DNA from: the human T2T-CHM13v2.0 reference genome, Homo sapiens
Length of the DNA: 64,000 bases
Direction: 5' to 3' (one strand)
Assembly: GCF_009914755.1 (NCBI RefSeq)
Contig: NC_060928.1
Position numbers and translations under genes: made by a program. The stretch's first letter is position 1; every line of letters starts with the position of its first letter. This document shows, piece by piece, positions 46,550 through 63,038 of this stretch. The notes under the pieces were generated by a model that saw nothing but the letters and a program-made list of their open reading frames with translations, was not told the DNA's origin and ran no database searches.

Positions 46550-46872
46550 CTATCTCTAAAAGTTTTTCTGTTAAGAAGGGTATAATAACTAATTAAAGGA
46601 GTGCCTTTCAACCTTCAAAAGAGTTTTTCAGCAACTGTTCTCAACTAATCTTCAATTATTTTGTTCTTTATTATTGTTCATGTTCGTATGTGGTATATGA
46701 AATTGGCTGTTACTAAAGTATAAGCCAATTTCACAATACAATACTAAAGTATTATATTTGTTTAGGGGAGCTTTTATTAATGCACTAAAAAATCTAAATA
46801 CTTTTCTGCAATTTTTGAAATTGATTAAATCTTCACAGCACAATATTAGATTTTCAATGTGGATTTGTGGAG

Positions 46873-47159
46873 TTTTTTTTTTAAGAGTCAGGGTCTTGCA
46901 CCATCGGCCAGGCTGGAGTGGAATGGCTTAACCACAGTTCACTGCAGCCTTGAACTCGTGGGCTCAGGTGATCTCCCGCCTCAGCCTCCCAAGTAGCAAG
47001 GACTATAGGCATGTGCCACCACACAGCTAATTTTTGTATTTTTTGGTAGAGACAGGTTCTCACTATGTTTCCCGGACTGGTCTCAGACTCCTGGGCTCAA
47101 GTGATCCTCCCACCTCAGCCTCCCAGAGTGTTGGGGTTGCAGACGTGAGCCACCCAGCC
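46873..47159 (-). mobile_element. Alu (AluJ-like)
   Basis: Reverse-complement dimer. Confidence 0.88.
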
Positions 47160-47838
47160 GTTTTAATAGCCTCTTGCAATAATTTTATTTTTCAATGCAG
47201 AATTCTCCCCAAAACCTAGAAGTAGAGTTTATATCAGTTTGTATTTATTACTCATAATTCAAATTGTGAGAAATTTCAACTGTGGATTCTTCTAGAAAAA
47301 AAAATTTATCATTATTTGAAATTTTTTTCATTATTTCAGTTATTAAAATATTAAAGTTGTTTACTATTTATTTAAGTTAAATTTAAATTATCCAGGTATA
47401 TAGTTTTGAAGTAAACCCCATTTTTGGAATTTAGAATTTAACTGAAGACAGTTGAGGAGTGATATGTATATATATTACTTTTTCTTGAAATGACATTATT
47501 ATAACAAAGATAATTTTTAAAGGAAAAATTTAATGCAACCTCAAAAATCCCTCATATTCACAACACCCTGATACAATAACTTTCTTTTTTACATTTCCAA
47601 ATATATAAATATATACATGAGATACTCAGTTACCATGATTAATAATTATACACAATTCATTTTGTTAAGCATTAAATAGGTCATCTTTAAATAGTAGGCA
47701 GCTTCCTGAGAGTATTTTAAAATAAGCAAAAATTGGCTGTCATATTTTTCTAAAGTGAGATTGTTGGCTGTACAAATTCAAGTTCTTAAAATTATTGGGT
47801 TATTTTAACTTTTTACTTGTTTCTTTTTCTTTTTTCAG

Positions 47839-48048
47839 CACATAAATGCCCATCATGCTTATGAATCTCAGATCTCATCAATGGCAAAAGCCATGTCTCG
47901 ATTAGAAGAAGAGCTGAGACATCAAGAAGATGAGAAAGCAACAGTATTAAATGACTTGTCATCTCTTAGAGAACTTTGCATTAAACTTGATTCAGGCAAA
48001 GATATTATGACCCAGCAATTGAATTCGAAAAACCTTGAGTTTGAGAGG
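47839..48048 (+). CDS. CEP135: CEP135 coding exon (~exon 22), 210 nt, phase 0/0
   Basis: ttttcag|CACATA...GAGAGG|gtaaga; HINAHHAYESQISSMAKAMSRLEEELRHQEDEK...NSKNLEFER. Confidence 0.95.
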
Positions 48049-48159
48049 GTAAGAAAGATAAATTGTCTTGGCACATTGTTTTATTGAGCCCTACTCTAAT
48101 TATTTTACTTTAGTATTCACCACACCATGCATATACTTGTTTCCTTTTAGAGTAGTTAC

Positions 48160-48961
48160 TTTTTTTTTTGTGATGGAGTTTTGCTCTGTCGCTTAGGCTG
48201 GTGGAGTTCAGTGGTGCGATCTCAACTCACCACAACTTCCGCCTCCTGGGTTCAACCAATTCTCCCTCAGGCATCTCAGGATGCCTCAGCATCCTGAGTA
48301 ACTGGGATTGCAGGCATCTGCTAACACACCTGGCTAATTTTTGTATTTTTAGTAGAGATGGGGTTTCACCATGTTGGCCGGGCTGGTCTCAAACTCCCAA
48401 CCTCACGTGATCTGCCTGCCTTGGCCTCCCAAAGTTCTGGGATACAGGCATGAGCTACTGCACCCAGCCTACAATAGTTACTTTTGACTACAGGATTTTG
48501 ACAACCAGATTTGACTGCTTGATTCTTTGCAAGATTTCTCAGGCAAACGTAGTGATGAAAGTGGGTAATGTTTTGGAATAGATGGCTATCTAGGAGATTA
48601 TGAATTTTCTGATTATAAATCAGCATATCCTAATACATTCTTTCTCTGTTTAAAAGTAAGACTTGAGGCCAGGTACGATAGCTTACACCCGTAATCCCAA
48701 CACTTTGGGAAGTCGAGTCAGGCAGATTGCTTGAGCTCAGGAGTTTGAAACCAGCCTGGATAGCATGGCAAAACCCCGTCTCTACAAAAAATACAAAGAA
48801 TTAGTCAGGCATGTGGCATGTGCCTATAGTCCCAGCTACTCGGGAGGCTGAGGCAGGGAAGGTTCACTTGAGCCCAGGATGTCGAGGCCGCAGTAAGCAG
48901 AGATTGTGCCACTGCACTCCAGCTTGGGCAACAGAGTGAGACCTTGTCTCAAAAAAAAAAA
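48160..48961. mobile_element. Inverted (head-to-head) Alu pair: - 48160-48469 and + 48667-48961
   Basis: TSDs AGTTACTTTT and AAAAGTAAGACTTGA respectively. Confidence 0.9.
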
Positions 48962-49543
48962 GTAAGACTTGAATGAAGGATTGAACAGTTCAGTGCTTCC
49001 GAAGTAGAATATTTTTCCCGATAAAAATCTCAAGGTGTTTAAATCTTAATTAAACAAGTCTATTTAGCTAGAATTTACCTTTCCCAGATGGAGGCATTAC
49101 TTTAAATAACCTAGTGTTTGTTTTCAAACATGGATGTTTTCAATTTTCACTCATCTAGTAGTATCTTTATTTTCAGGTACTGAGAAACTATAATACTGGC
49201 TTGATTATGTAGTCAGAGTAAGCATATTCAACCAGAAGGGTCTCATTGCCCTTGTGGTTTTATCTTAATGACCGTCTCTTGATAAGGTACCATGACTAAA
49301 AATTATTTGAGGATTTGAGTAGATCCTATAGCCAAATAAGCCCATAGTAAAAATAGCAAAGATTATTTTGAAAATAAAGTGTCTTTCTTATACTTAAAGA
49401 AACAGTTCATAATCTTTAACCCATACCCAAAATGAAACAAGTGATAGGTGAATAGTTCCACAGAGCTATATTGTCAGATAAATAATTTTTTCAGAGTAAG
49501 TTTAAAATTGTACTGAAGTAATCTTACTTTGTTTTTCACGTAG

Positions 49544-49746
49544 GTTGTGGTGGAATTAGAAAATGTAAAGTCAGAGTCAGACCTACTGAAAAAACAACTT
49601 TCAAATGAGAGACATACAGTTAAAAACCTCGAATCATTGTTGGCTACAAACAGAGATAAAGAATTTCATTCTCACTTAACCTCCCACGAGAAGGATACAG
49701 AAATCCAGCTACTTAAGGAGAAGTTAACCCTTTCTGAAAGCAAATT
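49544..49746 (+). CDS. CEP135: CEP135 coding exon (~exon 23), 203 nt
   Basis: acgtag|GTTGTG...AAATT|gtaagt; VVVELENVKSESDLLKKQLSNERHTVKNLESLLATNRDKEFHSHLTSHEKDTEIQLLKEKLTLSESK(L). Confidence 0.94.
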
Positions 49747-49844
49747 GTAAGTGTCTTAAGTCAACTTATGCAAAGACAATTGCTTGTGAAGGATAGTTTT
49801 TTAATTTTTTTGAAGTGGAGGAAAGGTTAAGAGTATGAAAGATA

Positions 49845-50227
<383 letters not shown>

Positions 50228-50866
50228 TCACTACAGAGGTTGTACCGTGGGAGTAATGAGAAGAGAAAACGTTAGGAAAGCGCCTACAGTTGAGGAATGG
50301 ACAGAGGAGTCAGTGAAGGAGAAAGTGTTCTCGGGAGAAGAAGAGGTGGCTGTGTCTTATGCTGTAGATTAGGAAAAAGGACTCTAAAAAGGCTATGAGA
50401 TTTGACCCACATACATGTATTGATTACTTTGGGAGAGACTGATTATGTCATATTTTTAGAATAGAAGGATTTAGACATATTTGTAGGAAGAGGGAAAGAA
50501 ACCCAGAGTAGAGTACACATGGAAGAATGAGCTTTTGAAAGGTATTAAAAATATTAATATTTCTCTTTCCAAGGCAAGAGTCAAGAAAGAGCCAATGAAG
50601 ACACTTTACATCTTGGTGTTACCATTTATGTCTCGTTCAAATTTGTATCCCTAGCATTGCTTTAGTGCTTAGCACATAATAGATGTTCAGTACATGTTTC
50701 ATAAATAAACTAAATGAATGAAAAAGAAAATGTGATAAAAGCTCTAGAAGTTTAGAGAATTCTTGTTGAAAGGTCTTGATCTTCTCTTTATTAATTTAAA
50801 AAACCCACAGCACCTGACTCTACAAAACGGAACGTTTATTTCTTGATTTTTTAATTTGTTTTTAAG

Positions 50867-50971
50867 AACTAGTCAAAGCCGGGAAAACACCATGCTTCGA
50901 GCTAAAGTGGCACAGTTACAAACAGATTATGATGCTCTGAAAAGGCAGATCTCAACTGAAAGATACGAACG
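50867..50971 (+). CDS. CEP135: CEP135 coding exon (~exon 24), 105 nt
   Basis: tttaag|AACTAG...GAACG|gtaaga; TSQSRENTMLRAKVAQLQTDYDALKRQISTERYE(R). Confidence 0.92.
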
Positions 50972-51933
50972 GTAAGACAAATTTTTTTTACATTTGACAA
51001 TGTTTTTATGTGTTCTCTATTGTACTTCAGAAAGTATTTAATATGGCTTTACAAATAACAAACTTTTTAAAAAGCTAATACATAAAGTACATTTCTTTGG
51101 TAATTCTTCCTTTTAAAAAAGGCAACAAGTGTTGGGGAAGATAATAGCTCTACAGTAACTAAAATAGCAAGTATTACATAGCGGATGCTATATAAATATT
51201 TATTGAATAAAATTGTTTAATAATCTGAAAAATAAGGTAAAATAGGAAGTATTGGATAAATATTTCCTATAGCATTCCGCAGGACAAAATTAGAATCCAA
51301 AAGTATTTCAAAGAGTATAGAGAAGCAACAACAATCCCTATAAGAGCTCCAAAATGTATGGTTCAAGTAGGATGTTCCACATACAAATCATAATAAAGGT
51401 AATGATTTGAAGATAGTAACAGCAGTTAACAAATGTGGACCAGACACTATATAAGTGTCTGATGAATCCCACCAACAATCTATTATTATGCCTACCTTAT
51501 AGGAAACTGAGATCACATAAATAGTAAGTGGTAGGAAACCAAACAGATTTTAATTCTAAAACCTGTACCCTTAACCTCTTCAATGTATTCCCTACAGCTT
51601 GGTAATTTTCATATTCACTCATATTTTGGTTCATTTGCTTTACGTTGAAAAATTTAATCCCCAGGTGTTACTAACCCGGATTGAGACCTGCTTTAAATCG
51701 AAGTCTAACTTGAAAATCAGTTGCCAAGTTACTTGTCTTCCATTACTCTTTCCTACTATATTAATACCATAGACATCTGCATTCCTGAGATTTCATTCTC
51801 AATTAGTGGCCAAATTGCTTGTTAGATCAGTTTTTGAGTTATTCTTACCTATTTACGTCAAAACTTTGTAGTGATGTGCTATTTGAAGTATAGTGACAAT
51901 TTGCTATGAAATCAATATTTACGATTTCATAAA

Positions 51934-52298
<365 letters not shown>

Positions 52299-52979
52299 TT
52301 AGAAGATCTAGTTTCTGAATGTACTAAACTGTACATATATAATGATTTCCATTTCTTAAGGATAACTTAAATTCTCTGCAAATCAAAAGTCCTAAATCAA
52401 GCTCTCTATTGCCCAGGCTTATAGACTTCCCCACAGTTCCTCCCCTTGTTCCTTGCCTCAACGAAACCTTGAGCCTCATGACCATGTCTTTCTTGCTCTT
52501 TACTATCCACCTACATCATACATTCTCATCGGTGCAGTATTACCCACCATCCTCCAAGGGAAAAAATTGTTTCTTGGGGGTAGGGAATAGAGGTAGCAAA
52601 AAAATTTTAGGTTGTATAAGTTAGTAGAATGGTTTATGTCCCTCCAAAGGGCCACAGGACATAAGCAGTGTATTAAAATTTCATGGGATGGAGGGATAAT
52701 CTGGGGAGGAAAAAGTCTAGAAAAGTTCCTTTGGGAGAGTAGTACTGAAGAAATCTTGAGAAGCACTGAACTAATTAGAAATCTCAGGTACTGAAGAACT
52801 CAAGTTCTTTAAGAGTCTAGGCCAGAGACTATGAATAGCCCACAAAGGAGATGGCAACATAATCCCCATTCTTGGTGGGGACATACCCAGACACAGGGAA
52901 GGAAAGTATGATGGAGAAAATAGGATTCTTTCCAATCTGACTTTTGGGAGTTTTGAGACAGGAAGACGGAAGAGGGCTA

Positions 52980-53422
<443 letters not shown>

Positions 53423-53784
53423 AGAGAGAATTAGTAACCCTAGCTATGGGGAACATCAAAGTATAGGCAGGAGAAAAGGATCCAGTAACAGAGCTAAGGA
53501 GAGATCATCTAGGTAGAAAGAGAACCAGAAGATGTAGTGTCATGCAAGCTAAGGGTGGTTAGTAGAACCAAATCCCACAGAAGGGTCTAGCATCTGGGCA
53601 TTTAATTTTTAAGAACACATTAAACAGGTTTGTTATAATTTTTTTAAGTATAAAGAAGAAAATTAAATTTATCTGTAAGTTCTACCCTCCATAGTCACCA
53701 TTAGCCTTTTTGAGTTTAACATCTCGTCATCTAGTTTTTGTGTGTGTCTATCTGTGTGTTCAGTTGGTATCCTATTTATTTTCA

Positions 53785-54346
53785 CTATATATAATATGTA
53801 TTATAATTAATATAACATAGTAATATGTAATATATAATACATATAATATATAATATACTAATATAATATATATCACATAATATATATATAATATACTGTA
53901 TATTATATGTAATATATATTGTATCATATATAGTATATCATATATAGTATATTATATATAGTATATTGTATTTTATATAGTATATTTATATATTACATAA
54001 TATATAATGCATTATATAATACATATATAGACATATAATATATAGTACTTATATATTATATAATATATGATATATAATGTAATATATATAATATATATTA
54101 TAAGTAGTGGATAAAAGATTTTAATTAAAATGTACTATAAGATTGTTCAAAGCAATTATAAATATTATATAATATATTGTATGTTATATATTTATAATAT
54201 GTATTTTACATATTATATGTTATATATTGTATATTTTATAATATATGTTACATATATTATATATTATATAATTAGTATATTAGTATTAGTTATATGGTAT
54301 AGTATATAGTATATTAGTATATATATAATTAGTATAATTAGTATAT
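53785..54346. repeat. TA-rich low-complexity / degenerate (TA)n-(TAATA)n tract
   Basis: ~560 bp almost entirely A/T. Confidence 0.92.
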
Positions 54347-54347
54347 C

Positions 54348-54587
54348 AGTATTACTATTAAATTTAAATCCTATGTCTTTGTATGATTTTTAAGTAGCGG
54401 ATAAAAGATTTCCATTAAAAGAATATGCACTATAAGAGATTGTTCAAAGCAATTAGGTCATTAAAATAATACCTTAGAAGCAAGATGCTCCTCACTATAT
54501 ATATATATTTAATTTTTTAATTGAAATATTTTATCCACTACTTAAAAATTGTACAAAGACATAGGATTTAAATTTAATAGTAATACT
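54348..54587. repeat. 73-bp inverted repeat with a 94-nt spacer
   Basis: Arms 54348-54420 and 54515-54587; 68/73 complementary by manual alignment. Confidence 0.92.
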
Positions 54588-54691
54588 AAGTAATTTATTA
54601 CAAATTAGCTAATAACTCTTATATTTGTTTGCCACTTTTTGATTTTCCCTGGTGCTTGAATATATCTCTCTTGTTTGATCTTTACTAACAG

Positions 54692-54794
54692 AGAACGAGC
54701 AATCCAAGAGATGCGTCGACATGGTCTTGCTACACCACCCCTTAGTTCCACTCTGAGGTCTCCTTCACATTCTCCTGAACATAGAAATGTGTAA
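54692..54794 (+). CDS. CEP135: CEP135 last coding segment (~exon 25; the exon continues as UTR to 54805)
   Basis: taacag|AGAACG...GTG TAA (54792-54794); ERAIQEMRRHGLATPPLSSTLRSPSHSPEHRNV*; donor AAG|gtatgt after 54805. Confidence 0.94.
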
Positions 54795-55015
54795 TTATCA
54801 GAAAGGTATGTATGTAACACCAAGGACAGGCAAAACTAATCTGTGGTTGTAAAAATTCAGAAAGTAGTTTTCTGCATCAGGAAAGGGGAGATTGCCTGGT
54901 AAGGCGTTCAGGAGAACTTCCTGGAGTAATGGAAAAGTTCTATATCTTGGTGATGGTAGTTATGTGGGTATATACAATTGTAAAAATTCATAAAACTGAC
55001 CATTTACAGTGTATG

Positions 55016-55451
55016 CTTTTTTTTTTTTTTAAGAGATGGGGTCTCGGCCAGACACAGTGGCCCACACCTGTTATTCCAGCACTTTGGGGAGGCTGAGGCT
55101 GGAGGATCACCTAAGGCTAGGAGTTTGAGACAAGCCTGGGCAACACAGTGAGACCTCCACCTCTACAAAAAATACAAAAATTAGCCAGGCATGGTGGCAC
55201 ACACCTGTAGTCCCAGGTACCAGCTGCTGGGGAGGTGGGGGAGGATACTGAGGCAGGGGGATGGCTTGAGCCCGGAAGGTTGAGGCTGCAGTGAACTGTG
55301 ATTGCACTATTACAGTCCAGTATGCATGACAAAGCAAGCAGCTATCTCCAAAAAAACAAAGAGTTCTCACTATCTTGCCTGGGCTGGCCTCAAACTCCTG
55401 GGCTCAAGCAGTCCTCCCACCTCAGCCTCTTGAGTAGCTGGGACTACAGGC
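55016..55451. mobile_element. Antisense FLAM-like monomer split by a sense Alu (55047-55360), inside an L1ME-like 3' end (~54810-55495)
   Basis: T-tail + agagatggggtctc | sense Alu | agagttctcactat...gggactacaggc; L1 end tgcattttatcgtatataaattatacct resumes afterwards. Confidence 0.78.
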
Positions 55452-56115
55452 TGGTCCATGCATTTTATCGTATATAAATTATACCTGAATTTAAAAAGAG
55501 AAGACATCTACAGCATAACGTTAAATGACAATATGAGCTATCACAGGATATTATTTGATGAAGGGCTAAATTCAGGCTACAAATAATAGGTAGTAAAAAT
55601 GTAGACAAAGCATAGAAACAGTAGTACACATGGTACAGTAGTAACCTGGCAGGAAGGGCAGGCTGTGGGGGAATAATGAGGGAGAGAGGTTTGGAAGGTA
55701 GAGTGGGATATATAGAGTATTATATTGAATGTGAAGCTAAATTAGAGATTGTGGACTTTATTCTGTAAGTCAAAAGGAACGTGAACGTCAGTCCTCCTGT
55801 GTATAGGATGGGTACAAGGGAAGGGTCAAGATGAAATAACTGTTTCTGGTAGATTAATTTCACAACTGTGTTTGAACCATATTGGAAAGGATAGGAACTA
55901 GAGGTAGAGAGACCAGTAAGTGGTATGAAATGAGCAGTATAATAGTTCAGGATTAGTATAATAACATTGAAAGCTAGGACATAATTTTTAAAGTAAACCA
56001 TGAAATATATACAGAAAGGTACCATATCATAGATACATAGTTCAATGAATTTTTTCAATGAACAAATTGAACACATCCAGGTAACCTGCATGAAAATCAA
56101 AAAAAAAAAAAAATA

Positions 56116-56656
<541 letters not shown>

Positions 56657-57457
56657 TCAACAGTACATTTGTGAGATCCATCCATATTGTTGTGTGTACT
56701 TGTAGATTGTTCACTCTTGTTGCTGTGTATGGAATGCCATTATGGAAACTTACTACAATCCAATTACTCCTCCTTCTGTTCATAAGCACTTGGCAGTTTC
56801 CAGTTTGGGCTATTACAAATAGTGCTATGGTTATACTTAGAAGTGAAATTGATGGATCACTGGATATGTGTATGTTCAAGCTCTAGGAGATATGGTAAAC
56901 TGTTTTCCAAAGTAGTTGTAAAGTGCCAGGATGCATTTGACTGAGGAAGGATCAAAGGGATGTGCTGATTCACTGGAGATGGGAATGAGTGGGAAAGAAA
57001 CATGAGTCAGACCCAGGCTTTGACAGGTAGTGACTGTGGAAAATGCATACTCATTGACAGAAATAGTTATGCCAGTCTTGTTTAAATTGATACATTTCTT
57101 TGCCTCTTTTGATAGAAATATATAGAAGATAATTAAACATTTCCTCTGACTCAGAATCCTCATTGTGAACATTAGTTATGTGCTATTCTTTGACGTACTG
57201 ATGCCCTCAAGTTTGTAGGGCCTTGGTTTAAATGATTCCTGATTGCTCTGCTTCTGCTTTTGTGTTTGATTAGGGCATTTATTTTTCTCTTTCACTTTGA
57301 GGACCACTTCTCAGTGTTCACTGTAGTCACTGTGTCCTTCTTGAATTGCTGTGTTATTTTCATGTGATCAGATGGTGGTTCACCTTCTTGTTACAAAGGA
57401 TTGTAAGAATGTGACACAGACATTTTCTCATGTTTGATTCACAGCTGCAGTTTAGAT

Positions 57458-57655
57458 CAGGGGTTGGTTGGTAAACTAGGATCTGCAAGCCAAATCCATA
57501 CCACTGCCTATTAGTGTAAATTAAGCTTTATTGGAGCACAGCCACACCCATTTGTTAACAGATTGTCTAAGACTGCTTTACTACAGTGGCAGAGTTGAGT
57601 AGTTTTGACAGACCCCATGTCCCACAAATCTAAAATATTTACTGCCTGTCTCTTG
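57458..57655. mobile_element. MER58A-like MITE
   Basis: gccaaatcc...ttattggagcacagccacacccatttg...ggcagagttgagtagtt...ctaaaatatttact. Confidence 0.78.
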
Positions 57656-58039
57656 ACATCATGTAGCTCTGGAAAACTCAACTGTAGACCTGTAAGAAAA
57701 TAAGAGTGAAAGGCAAATAATTCCTTGGTTTTATGAAAATAGGCTTGACCTTGTAGAGTCTCTGAAAGTATTGGGGATTCTCAGGGATCCCCAGACTGCA
57801 CTTTAAGAACTACTGATATGGAACATAGATTCCTGCAGTCCCTGAAACTGTGATGAATTAGACACTGCATTTTTGTTTTGTTTTGTTTTGTTTTTAGAGC
57901 CAGGGTCTCACTCTGTCACCCAGGCTGGAAGGATGTGGCATGGTCATAGCTCACTGAAACCTCAAACTCTCCTGAGCTCAAGCAATCCTCCCGCCTCAGC
58001 CTCCTGAGTAGCTGGGACTACAGGCACGCCACCACACCC

Positions 58040-58610
58040 ATCACCACTATCTAATTCTAAGATTTTTTTATCTCCCCAAACAGAAATTCTGTACCCATTA
58101 AACAATCACTCTCCAATCCCCAGACCTTAACCTTCCCAGCTCCTAGTAACTTCAGATCTACTTTTCTGGTCTCTATGAATTTGCCTATTTTACATTTTCA
58201 TATAAGTGAAATCATACATGTGTTCTTTTGTATCTGGCTTATTTCACTTAGAATAATATTTTCCAGGTTCATCCATATTGTAGGATATACCACATTTAAA
58301 AAATCCTTTTGTCAGTTGAAGACACCTGGGTTGTTTCTATCATATGGTTATTGTGAGTAATGCTGCTCTGAGCATTGGTGTACAAGTATCTGTTTTAGTC
58401 CTTGTTTTCAAATCTTTTAGTATATACCTGAGACTAGAATTGGTGGGTCATATGGTAATTCTGTTAAACTTTTTGAGGGACTGCCAAACTGTTTTCCACG
58501 TGCTGCACCATTTTATATTTCCACCAGCAATGCATGAGGGTTCCTGTTCTCCACATCGTCACCAACACTTGTTATTTTCCACTTTTTAATTACAATAATT
58601 CTAGTACATG
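58040..58610 (-). mobile_element. L1M-type 3' fragment preceded by an antisense Alu monomer (57870-58040)
   Basis: tctctatgaatttgcctatt...ggtaattctgttaaactttttgagggactgccaaactgttttcca. Confidence 0.8.
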
Positions 58611-58926
58611 CAGATTAGAAAGCTTTTATAATCATCAACAAACTCATAATTTATAACTTTGTAATAATTTACAATTAATTTTTGAGGTATATTAATGAGA
58701 TTGTTATTTACTAATCCATTTCCCCTCGTATTTTCTAAATATTGTCACCAAAACTAATTTTAAGGGATTTCCCCAAGCACTCAGAAATGAATTGCTCAAG
58801 GAAAAAAAAAAAAATGAATTGCTCAACTATAAAATGGCATCTCAGATTAGTGTCTCTCTGATAGTTAAATAGACAATCCAACTTTTATTATTTGTTTTTT
58901 GACTATCATATCTAATGCATGCTATT

Positions 58927-61354
<2,428 letters not shown>

Positions 61355-62323
61355 AGTACAATGAATAAAACAGTACTTGAACTTTCAGAAGTAGAACAGT
61401 ACTTCTTAAATATAACTGGATGTGGGGCACAGAGTTTTATTAGATTCTATAATTTCATTTATAACATTATTGAATTTCAGTTTTTTATGAATATGTTGAA
61501 TAACTTTATCATTTTTCTCTTAACCCACCTTTCAATTTCCTCCCTTTCAGAATAATGGCTTTCAATGAGTTCCTATGTGGATTTTTAAAAGAACAGAACA
61601 GTAATGAAATATTTGAAGTACTTGTTGCTGAAAATCATGAACATGGACACAAATTCTACCTCTGTCAACTTTTATTTAAATCAGTGAATATGTTAAAAAG
61701 TTTGGTTTAAAAGAACTATATCTATATGTATATTTTCATATATATGACAGAACAAGAATATGTATTAATAGTGCCTAATGTATCTATATTTTTATTATTC
61801 ATGAATTAAATTACTAAAAGTATGTTTATACTGTGAATTAATATAATGTATTCACATTATTCTTTAATAATCTGTTTATTAATAAGCCATGATATGTGTA
61901 TGTAAATATTCTTACAGTACTTGTTTTTAGTTGTCATGCCTATGTTTAGACCATATCTTAATGTATTCACAAAGAATTATCAACTTTGATGCTATGCTGT
62001 CATGCTTAACTTTTTCTTCTTAAAATTATTCATAGATCTACTGTCTGTTGTCAAGGGGAATATATTCAGGTCTAGTCTTCTTATAATAGCAGAGGTCTTG
62101 GTAAAATAACTACCATATATAACGTGTTATTGCCATCTAGAAGAACTATGATGAGAAAGATACATTTATATATTATGTAAAATGTTAACTATCATCATAT
62201 GGACTCTATGTAACACAAATTCAAAAGCAAACTAAAAGCTATATGCAGAGTTTTGTATAAAACAATAGAACAGAAATTTGGGACATTTTTCTAGGAAATA
62301 AAATTCCTCGGTGTATTAATCTA

Positions 62324-62727
<404 letters not shown>

Positions 62728-63027
62728 CTAAGCCTGTGTGTTATAATTTACCAGTTCCCCAAAATGCCATTTTTAACGCCGAACTGTGTAATATACATGG
62801 AAAACAGCTTTTTACAATTAATTTTCAAAGTTGTAATTTTAAAGAATTTGGGTGTATACCTATGTTAATGAAACAACAGAAGTACAAAAAAGAATATCAG
62901 ATACAAAAATCAATCGTGAAGAAAATCTGTTCTTAATATATTTCATTATGATTGAAAAACATAAAAACTAACATAGGAAAGTGAATGATCAGTTACTTAT
63001 GATATATTTTGTTTCCTCTTGTGGTTT

Positions 63028-63033
63028 AATAAA
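63028..63033 (+). terminator. Candidate proximal poly(A) signal AATAAA
   Basis: Canonical hexamer followed 5 nt later by (GT)12. Confidence 0.45.
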
Positions 63034-63038
63034 GTGAA

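Noticed and set aside
61515-61550. TCTCTTAAC resembling a U12 branch site before the last exon
   Set aside because: The matching donor is GTATGT, not the U12 consensus GTATCCTT, and a normal pyrimidine tract is present
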